Source of the DNA: an uncultured delta proteobacterium
Lineage (GTDB): Bacteria > Myxococcota_A > Polyangia > Polyangiales > Polyangiaceae
Assembly (NCBI GenBank): GCA_963841435.1
Contig: CAWJCS010000005.1
Location: forward strand, 32,001 to 96,000
Direction: 5' to 3'
DNA: 64,000 nt
Part shown: in pieces, positions 10,632 to 18,487 of the stretch
Numbering within the stretch: position 1 is the stretch's first letter
Layout of the letters: every line of letters starts with the position of its first letter
Program-made: the position numbers and the translations under genes
Notes under the pieces: generated by a model
Seen by the model: the letters and a program-made list of their open reading frames with translations, nothing else
Told to the model about the DNA's origin: nothing
Database searches by the model: none

Positions 10632-12815
10632 ATGCGCGCACATCGAGTCATCGGCGTTCTCCTCTTACCGGCTGCTCTTGCGTGCCAGAACGCAGACTCG
10701 ACGGATGGCGACGGTAGCGGGAACGCGGCGTCGGCGGGGACCGGTGCGACCGGCCCCGGCAGTGGCGGGGTTGCCGGGTTGACGTCAGCGGGTGCGGCGG
10801 GAGTTTCTGCCGGCGCCTCCGGCGTCGGGGTCGGCGGCGCTGCCGCTCAGGCTGGTACGGGCGCTGGGGGTTCGTCGGGCGGCGACTTCGGAGGAACCTC
10901 GGGCAGCGGTGCTGGCTTGGGGGGAGCTTCCAGCGGCAACGGTGGCGCGGCCGGCGCGGCCGGAGGCACGAGCGGCATCGGTGGGAGCGATAGCAGCGGA
11001 GGGACGGCAGGCGGTGCCGGGGGCCCCACGTTCGTGTATCCCGCGCCGGTGGCGCCGTGGCAGCCGAGTCAGGCGTGCGTTGACAAGGCAGCCCAAGTCC
11101 TCGCGGGCATGACGCAGAAGCAGAAGGCCGGCCAGATGGTTCAGGCCAACTCCGACGGGGTGACTCCGGCGGACGTGGCCTCCTACGCGCTCGGGTCGGT
11201 GTTCAGCGGAGGAAGCGCCGATCCCCCGTCGGGTGATGCCCCGCAGACCTGGCGAAGCTTCGTCGAGGGCTTCGAGGCACAAGCTACCGCCGGGATCCCA
11301 CTCATCTACGGCATCGACGCGGTGCACGGGAACAACAACGTCAGCGACGCCGTGCTCTTCCCTCACAACATCGGGCTCGGCGCGACTCGCGATACCGCGC
11401 TCGTCACGGAAATCGGGCGGATCACCGCCAGCGAGATGCGCGGCACGAGCATCGACTGGACGTTCGGTCCCGCGATCTCCCCGGCTCAAGACGAACGCTG
11501 GGGGCGCATCTTCGAGAGCTACTCCGAGGACCCTGCGCTCACCGCCGAGTTTGCCGTCGCCGTCGTCAAGGGGCTGCAGGGCGACACGCTGGGCGGTCCG
11601 GAGTCGGTGCTCGCGTGCGCCAAGCATTTCGCCGGCGACGGAGCGACCCAGGGAGGCGTGGATCAGGCCAACACCGTGCTCGACGAAGCCACGTTCCGAA
11701 AGCTCGGCGTCGAAGTGTACCAACCGCTGATCAATGCCGGCGTCGGCAGCATCATGGTTTCTTACAGCAGCTACAACGGCGTGAAGATGACGGGGAACAC
11801 CCACTGGCTCACCGACGTGCTCAAGGGCGAGATGGGCTTCCGCGGCATCCTGGGCTCCGACTGGGCAGCCACGGGACAATTGTCAGGCACCGCCGAAACG
11901 CAGGTTGCCACGGCGATCAACGCGGGCCTCGACATGCTCATGGAACCGTACGCCTGGAAAGAAGTGGCCGGCATCCTCGAGGCCGCGCCCACGGCGGGTG
12001 GCACCGCCATGATTCCGCAGTCGCGCATCGACGATGCGGTGACGCGGATCCTCACGGTCAAGTGCGAGCTCGGCATGCTCACGCCCGGCTACAATCCGGG
12101 CGGCGACGCCGCGCTGCTCTCCCAAGTCGGCTCACAGGCTCACCGCGACGTTGCCCGCCAGGCCGTTCGAGAATCCGCGGTGCTGCTTCGCAACGAAAGC
12201 AGCGCGCTCCCCATTCCCGAGACGGCGCGGGTTCACGTCGCGGGCTCGGGTGCGGACTCCTTGCAGCGTCAGTGCGGTGGTTGGACGATCGATTGGCAAG
12301 GGCTCGGCGTCACGAACGGAACGCCCGGTGTCACCTCGGGGACGACCATCCTCACCGGGATCAAGGACATCGCGGGCGCCGGCAACGTGACCTACTCCCA
12401 GGACGGCAGTGGCGTTCCCAGCAACGCCACTCACATCGTCGTCGTGCTGAGCGAGGCGCCGTACGCCGAGGGCGTCGGTGACGAAACGGACCTCGATCTG
12501 GCCGCCAGGACGCCGGACGTGCCCGTGCTCCAGGCGGTCAGCTCGCTGGGTCTCCCCGTCATCGCCGTGATCGTCAGCGGGCGACCGCTGATCATCGAGC
12601 CGTACCTCAATCTCGCCAACGCCTGGGTCGCGGCCTGGCTCCCGGGCTCGGAGGCCAACGCTCTCGCCGATGTGCTCTTCGGACGCTACCCGCCCACTGG
12701 CAAGCTCAGCCACAGCTGGCCCAAGACGATGGCGCAGATCCCCATCAACGTGGGCGACGCCGACTACGCCTCCGATCCGCCGCTCTATCCGTTCGGCTAC
12801 GGACTGAGCTACTGA
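10632..12815 (+). CDS. GH3 glucan exo-hydrolase/beta-glucosidase lipoprotein with Gly-rich linker
   Basis: Lipobox ALAC; GIDAVHG, FPHNIGLGA, RWGRIFESYSED, CAKHFAGDG, IMVSYSS, GSDW, WLPGSE, YPFGYGLSY. Confidence 0.92.
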   Translation: MRAHRVIGVLLLPAALACQNADSTDGDGSGNAASAGTGATGPGSGGVAGLTSAGAAGVSAGASGVGVGGAAAQAGTGAGGSSGGDFGGTSGSGAGLGGASSGNGGAAGAAGGTSGIGGSDSSGGTAGGAGGPTFVYPAPVAPWQPSQACVDKAAQVLAGMTQKQKAGQMVQANSDGVTPADVASYALGSVFSGGSADPPSGDAPQTWRSFVEGFEAQATAGIPLIYGIDAVHGNNNVSDAVLFPHNIGLGATRDTALVTEIGRITASEMRGTSIDWTFGPAISPAQDERWGRIFESYSEDPALTAEFAVAVVKGLQGDTLGGPESVLACAKHFAGDGATQGGVDQANTVLDEATFRKLGVEVYQPLINAGVGSIMVSYSSYNGVKMTGNTHWLTDVLKGEMGFRGILGSDWAATGQLSGTAETQVATAINAGLDMLMEPYAWKEVAGILEAAPTAGGTAMIPQSRIDDAVTRILTVKCELGMLTPGYNPGGDAALLSQVGSQAHRDVARQAVRESAVLLRNESSALPIPETARVHVAGSGADSLQRQCGGWTIDWQGLGVTNGTPGVTSGTTILTGIKDIAGAGNVTYSQDGSGVPSNATHIVVVLSEAPYAEGVGDETDLDLAARTPDVPVLQAVSSLGLPVIAVIVSGRPLIIEPYLNLANAWVAAWLPGSEANALADVLFGRYPPTGKLSHSWPKTMAQIPINVGDADYASDPPLYPFGYGLSY

Positions 12816-12844
12816 GGCGGCGGGCTGGTACCCCGGCCCGGAGC

Positions 12845-13720
12845 TCAGCCGCCCGAATCCCACTCGCACACGTACGGCTTCGTCCCGCCGCAGATGTCGT
12901 CGTTCCAGGCACCGTTGCTGCTCATCTGCATGAAGCCGCAGTGCTCGTAGCAGTCTCCCGAGCCCGACGGGCAGGTCTTCATGTAGTTGTTGGGCTCGCC
13001 GTCCGCCCAGCCGTTGAACTGTGCGATGTCTTCGCCGGTGATCCAGGTCGAGGGCGTGCCGTCCCCGCCTTCGTTGTCCATCTTCCCGTCGGTGCACCCG
13101 ATCCACGTGTCGACCATGCCCGTCAGTCCCCAGACGAAGTCCTGCTCGGCCTGGGACGTGATGGTGACGAGGTGCCCGTTCGAGAGCGCCATGCACGCCT
13201 GGCGAGCGTTCGACCAGATCACCCCGCCCGTGTTCATGTAATAGCAGTGGCCCGCGTTGGCTTGAGCCTGCGGGTTGATGGCCGCGCACGACGAGGGGCC
13301 GCCGCCGCTTCCCGCGCCTCCGGTGGCTCCCGCTGCGCCGCCGACGCCGGCGCTTCCAGCGCTGCCACCCGTCGCGTCGCCGGCACTGCCCGACGTTCCG
13401 GCCGCGGCCGCGGTGTCCCCGGCGCTGCCCGCAACGCCACCGACGCCGGCGCCGCTCGCCCCGCTTCCCGCGTCGCCCGCGCTGCCGCCGAGGCCCGCCG
13501 TACCGGCGGATAGGTCGCCGGCGCTGCCGGCAATCCCCGCGGTTCCGCTCGTTGCGCCTGTGCCACCCGCGAGATCACCACCGACGCCGGCGCTGCTACC
13601 GCCCGTGCCCGCCGGGCCGCCAGCACCCCGCGGAAAGGTCTGCTTGTAGTCCTCTTGACCAAAGCACCCCACGGCCACCGTGAGCAGCGGAACGAGCATC
13701 CGAAGACGAAAGATAGGCAT
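12845..13720 (-). CDS. C-type lectin domain lipoprotein with Gly-rich linker
   Basis: Lipobox VAVGC; GHCYY, ARQAC, HLVTI, WIG, GEPNN, WNDDIC, YVCE typical of C-type lectin domains. Confidence 0.85.
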   Translation of the reverse strand: MPIFRLRMLVPLLTVAVGCFGQEDYKQTFPRGAGGPAGTGGSSAGVGGDLAGGTGATSGTAGIAGSAGDLSAGTAGLGGSAGDAGSGASGAGVGGVAGSAGDTAAAAGTSGSAGDATGGSAGSAGVGGAAGATGGAGSGGGPSSCAAINPQAQANAGHCYYMNTGGVIWSNARQACMALSNGHLVTITSQAEQDFVWGLTGMVDTWIGCTDGKMDNEGGDGTPSTWITGEDIAQFNGWADGEPNNYMKTCPSGSGDCYEHCGFMQMSSNGAWNDDICGGTKPYVCEWDSGG

Positions 13721-14306
13721 GCTCCAAACTTAGCGCCGCGCACGGGTGCTGCGCTAGTTGTCGGTAACGTGAGAGCCACGCGACGAGGCACGAGAAGCAC
13801 GCCGCTCCAGCGAGCCGAGCACGAAGGCCAACGTCTACGGGACCCATCGGGCAGAAATGCGACGCACGGAGGAATCGACAGCGCACGAGCTTCGACGAAC
13901 CGTCGCTTTCGCTCGTGCTCCGCGCGCGGAACCACGCGCGCGCCGTGCGACGACGCGCGCCCGCGCGACGAGACACGCCTCACGCGAAGGAGAGCACGCC
14001 ACGCATAGCGCCGGTTCCGCCCCGCGCGGCTCGCGGTTCGACGACCAGTCGCGGTCTCTCAGGGTCCCGCTCCCCGCCCGGCGCCGCGGCCGGACCGCGT
14101 GATCACGCGCTCTTCACGCGGGAATTCCATCGCGCGTGTTACTCGCCGTTGGATTCCATCGCGGGCAAAAGTTTTCCGCGACGAGCGGCGGGGGAGATCG
14201 GTTGCTTGGCGAAGGCTGGCGGTCGGCGGCCTCGCCTCGTCGCGTGCTCGGCACGCCGGGTACCCGCGTGAGGCGCCGCATGGTGGTCGGCGTGGAGCGC
14301 ATCCCG

Positions 14307-15446
14307 ATGGAGGCCGCAGCGCTCGGTCTCCTCGGCAATCTCGGGGGCGCGACGCCACACGGCCCGCGAACAGCCCTCGCTCACCCGCCCCGCTCGCTCG
14401 ACGCCGAAGGGTTGCTCACCGAATTTCCCGCGGGCCGCTCACCGGGCGAGATCGGCCGGCGTGTCGCCGAACGCTTCGTCGCCGACCCGCTGAGCTCCGA
14501 TCGGGGGGAGCCGATTCACTGCGCGGAGGCGTGCGCCTTTTACGGGTCCCTGGCGGTGGCGCGGCGCCTTGGTGATCGCGACCTCGAGGCCAGGCTCGTG
14601 AAAAAGCTCGCCCCTCTACTCTCCGCGCCGGGCTCGGCCTGGGTGCCGACGCGCCCGCACGTCGAGGATCGCGTGTTCGGCATCGTCCCGCTCGAAGCCT
14701 ATCGGCATGGCAGGAGCTCGGAGCACCTGGCGTTGGGCCTCGGCCTCGCGGACGCCCAGTGGCGAAGCACGAGCACCGACGGCATCACGAGCGAGGCTCG
14801 CTACCGGGTCGACGACATGTACATGATCACCGCGCTCCAGGTGCAGGCCTTTCGCGCCACCGGAGCCGTGCGGTACCTCGAGCGGGCGGCGAGAACTGTC
14901 ATCGCCTACCTCGAGCGATTGCAGGAGCCCTCGGGCCTCTTCGCCCACACGCTTTCGTCGCCCGCCCACTGGGGCCGCGGCAACGGCTGGGCCGCGGCGG
15001 GCATGACCGAGCTCTTGCTGGCGCTGCCCGCCGAGCACCCCTATCGCCCGCGCGTGCTCGAGGGCTATCGCCTCATGCTGTCGGCGCTGCTCGCCCACCA
15101 GAACGCCGACGGCCTCTGGCACCAGATCGTCGATGCGCCCGAGGCGTGGATCGAAACGTCCGCGAGCGGCATGTTCACCTTCGCGATGCTGACAGGCGTC
15201 AAGCACGGCTGGGTCGATGAACCGAGCTACGCCCGGGCCGCGCGCAAGGCCTGGCTCGGGCTCACCGCGTACCTCGACGACGAAGCGAGACTTCGCGAAG
15301 TGTGCGGAAACGGCGGCGACGGGAATTCGGAGGCCGGCGCGACCCGCTCGGCGGAGGTCGGGTACCATTTGAGTCGCCCCCGTCGCGCGGGCGACGTGCA
15401 CGGCCAGGCGCCCCTGCTCTGGTGCGCAGCCTCCCTTCTTCCTTGA
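14307..15446 (+). CDS. GH105/GH88-like unsaturated uronyl hydrolase (start uncertain: 14280 or 14307)
   Basis: DDMYMIT, WGRGNGW, GLWHQ, ETSASGMF, GDVHGQAPLLW. Confidence 0.8.
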   Translation: MEAAALGLLGNLGGATPHGPRTALAHPPRSLDAEGLLTEFPAGRSPGEIGRRVAERFVADPLSSDRGEPIHCAEACAFYGSLAVARRLGDRDLEARLVKKLAPLLSAPGSAWVPTRPHVEDRVFGIVPLEAYRHGRSSEHLALGLGLADAQWRSTSTDGITSEARYRVDDMYMITALQVQAFRATGAVRYLERAARTVIAYLERLQEPSGLFAHTLSSPAHWGRGNGWAAAGMTELLLALPAEHPYRPRVLEGYRLMLSALLAHQNADGLWHQIVDAPEAWIETSASGMFTFAMLTGVKHGWVDEPSYARAARKAWLGLTAYLDDEARLREVCGNGGDGNSEAGATRSAEVGYHLSRPRRAGDVHGQAPLLWCAASLLP

Positions 15447-15608
15447 GCAGCCCGGAAAGGCCCGAGGGGACCTCCCGATGAACCGAAGACTGATGGGGCC
15501 CGCCGCGAGCGACCCTACGAATGTGCAAAAGAGGCCTTTCTTGCGCCCCGGTGCTGAACGAAGGATGCTCTACAACGTTCCGAAACAGCCGTTTCGGTGG
15601 AGGCTCGT

Positions 15609-16832
15609 ATGAACCGCACCCGATTTCTTTCGCTGGCGACCGCCAGCGTCGCGCTCGTTGTTTCCGTCGCGAGCTGCTCACAGGACGCCCTGGATAACGG
15701 CAACCCCGCATCAGGCGCCACCCCCGGCGCCGGCAGCGGCGGCGCCAGCGGCAGCGTGGCCACGGGCGGCGCCGGAGTCGGCGGGGGCTCGGGTGTCGGC
15801 GGGAGCCTGGGCGGCACCGGCGGCACGGCCGGCAGCGGAGCCGGCGCGAGCGGCCTGGGCGGCAGCGCCGGGTCGCTGCAGGGGGGCTCTGCTGGGCTCG
15901 GCGCCGGTGGCGCCGGCACGGGCGGCACTCCGCCCGGCGGGGGTGACGCGGGTCTAGGTGCAGGCACGTCGGGCGCTTCCGGCAGCGCGGGCGACGGCGG
16001 CGCGAGCGGCACGCTGGGGAGCGGTGGCATGGGCGGCGCGGGAGGGAGCGCGGGCACGGCCGGCACCGCCGGCACCGCCGGCACGTCGGGCGGCGGCAGC
16101 GGCGGCGCGGCCGGCTGCGCGTCGGTCAACCCTGCCGTCATCGTCCCGGAGTTCGACGGCTTCTACTGGGAGGGCACGTGCTCCGGCAACGTCACCACCT
16201 CGGGGAAGAACTGCCCCATCTACGACCAGGGCACGACGTGCCCGAACGGCGCTTCGTACGACACCACGGGGACCGTCCGCGACAAGACCATGAAGGTGAT
16301 GGGCACGGCGGGGGTCAAGTACACCATCAACTTCGAGGTTCGCGGCATCGCCGGAACGCGCTGCTACTCGGGCGGCATGGCGGCGTCCTCGGCGTCCCCC
16401 AGCACGACCAACCCGAACAACACCTGGTACGTCGGTGGCCGGCAATCGGGCGACAGCTGGTGGAACACCTACGAGCTGCACGTCGAGAGCCCCACGGTGC
16501 AGGGCGAGGCAAACACCTATTTCTTGAACGCCTTCCCCTCGAATCCCGACTGGTGCCAGAAGGAAGCGACCTACAAGATCGGCTATACGGCAAGCTTTGC
16601 CGTCATGGGTGACAGCACGCTTCGTTTCACCATCCACGATTCGAACTGCCAGGCGCAACAGAACTGCGGCCCCGACGAGGGCGCGAACACCTGTGCGAGC
16701 CCCCAAAGCGTCGATCTGACGGGAATGTCCCCTGCGGCCACGTTCACCCAGCCTCCGGTGAACGTCATCGGCAACAGCACCTACCACCCGCAGTGGCTCT
16801 ACTTCGACGTGAAGTCGATCACATGTCAGTAG
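15609..16832 (+). CDS. Gly-rich-linker lipoprotein with an unrecognised Cys/aromatic-rich C-terminal domain
   Basis: GGAGG RBS, lipobox VASC, ~140 aa G/S/A/T linker, then ~240 aa beta-rich domain with ~10 Cys. Confidence 0.75.
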   Translation: MNRTRFLSLATASVALVVSVASCSQDALDNGNPASGATPGAGSGGASGSVATGGAGVGGGSGVGGSLGGTGGTAGSGAGASGLGGSAGSLQGGSAGLGAGGAGTGGTPPGGGDAGLGAGTSGASGSAGDGGASGTLGSGGMGGAGGSAGTAGTAGTAGTSGGGSGGAAGCASVNPAVIVPEFDGFYWEGTCSGNVTTSGKNCPIYDQGTTCPNGASYDTTGTVRDKTMKVMGTAGVKYTINFEVRGIAGTRCYSGGMAASSASPSTTNPNNTWYVGGRQSGDSWWNTYELHVESPTVQGEANTYFLNAFPSNPDWCQKEATYKIGYTASFAVMGDSTLRFTIHDSNCQAQQNCGPDEGANTCASPQSVDLTGMSPAATFTQPPVNVIGNSTYHPQWLYFDVKSITCQ

Positions 16833-16953
16833 TTGCGCCACTCTACTCAGTGGTTGCGTCGTTGAGCCAATTGTAGTTCGTTCGGGCGGCGCCGTCCGGG
16901 TCAACGACAGGGCGGCGCGGCCTGCAGCCATTTTCCCAAAGAGGAGAAAACAA

Positions 16954-18430
16954 GTGTCTCCATCGCGACTCTGGGCGCGACTCGTCCGCCCACACCTGGC
17001 ATCCCTGCGCCGAATCGCTGCCTCCACCGGAGCTTCTCGAGTCGAGGGCCCTTTTACGAGCGCTCGTCCCGAGTGCCGTTCTGTCGATGACGCTGTTCAC
17101 GGCGGTGCAGGCGCGTGCCGAGAAGGTCATCTTCAAGGGAGACGATTGGGAGGTCTACACCGACGGTCGCATGGGCGGCTTCGTGAGCTGGACCTACGGG
17201 GATGGCTATCCTCAGAACACCTACGGCCCCGCACCGTATTTCGCCACCGTCACCACGGTCCAGGGTGGCGGCTGGCAGGGACCGAGCGAAAACAAGTACC
17301 TCTATCCCGACGGTGGCATGGCGGGCGGATCGACCCTGACCGATCAGGGCACGATCAACATGATGCGCGTGCGCAGCGGCTTCGTGAGCAACGTGCTCGG
17401 CTTCGGCGTCCGGAACAAGCTCACACCGACGACGACCGTCACGGCCTACACGCAGATCTGGGCCTACATCGAGAGCCAGAGTCGCCAGAAGAATCAGCCG
17501 AACCCCGCGGATCTCCGCCAGGGCTACGCGAAGATCGACGCACCCTGGGGCAGCGTGACGATCGGTCGCACGCGAGCGCTCTTCTCGCGCGGCGCGACGG
17601 ACATCGACGTGATGTACGCCCATCGCTGGGGCGTGGGCATGCCGGCGCCGCTCGACTCGAACGGTCCCACGCCGGGTCAGATCGGTTTCGGCGTGCTCGG
17701 CAGCGGCTTCGCGGGCGGCGTCATCTACGGCACACCGACCTTCGCGGGTCTGCAGCTCAACGCCGGTATCTTCGAGCCGATTGCACTGCCGGCCGGCGGC
17801 TCGTGGTTGCGCACGAAGTACCTGCGCCCCGAGGGCGAGCTCACGTTCGAGCAGGCCCTCGGCACGTTGGGCAAGATCGTGCTCTTCACGAACGGCGGGT
17901 TCCAGAAGGTCTACAAGCCGGGCGCGTGCATTCCGGGCAGCGTCTCGAATCCCGGGCCGTGCGACGCGACCGCGGCGGGCTTCGGCTACGGCGGTCGCCT
18001 CGAGCTCGGCCCCGTGCACCTCGGCGTCGCGGGCCACCGCGGCAAGGGGCTGGGGCTCACCTACGCCCTCGAATCGACGCCGGCTTCGTCGGACAGCCAG
18101 GGCAACCTGCGCGTGGCGGACGGCTACTACGCGCAGACGCAGTTCGTGCTCGGCCAGGTCAACCTTTCTGCGGGCGCTGGCATTGCGCGCGTGTTCTTGA
18201 CCACCAAGGACAAGACCAAGGTCGTCGATCCGAGCGACCCGACCGGCGTGAACATGGTGTACCCGGTCAGCGTCATCAAGTACCAGATGGGCATCAACGC
18301 CGGCGTGGTCTATCACCTGTCGCCTGCCGTCCACCTCGACCTCGACTACTTCCGTGCGACGGCCAAGTGGTACCTGGGCGAGCAGCAGATCATCAATGCC
18401 GTCAACGGCGGCATGATGGTGAGCTGGTAG
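16954..18430 (+). CDS. Porin-like outer-membrane beta-barrel; true start probably GTG 16954 with a +1 frameshift before 17042 (intact ORF from 17087)
   Basis: WEVYTDGR, SNVLGFG, RQGYAKIDAPWGSVTIGR, YGTPTFAGL resemble Gram-negative porins; C-terminal W. Signal peptide SRALLRALVPSAVLSMTLFTAVQARA lies partly upstream of the first in-frame ATG; RBS AGAGGAG precedes GTG 16954 in another frame. Confidence 0.7.
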
Positions 18431-18487
18431 CCACCGAGCGCGCGTGCCCGGGCAAGCGCTCGGGCCGCGCGCGTCGAGTTCTCCTCC

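Noticed and set aside
15491-15503. TGATGGGGCCCGC, identical to the -10 region of the ECF promoter at 50107-50119
   Set aside because: No CCGACCC at the -35 position (TCGTAGG instead) and it points antisense into the GH105 3' end
10577-15529. TGTGCAAA upstream of two Gly-linker lipoprotein genes (10577, 15522)
   Set aside because: Only 8 bp, different distances to the starts, no second conserved element
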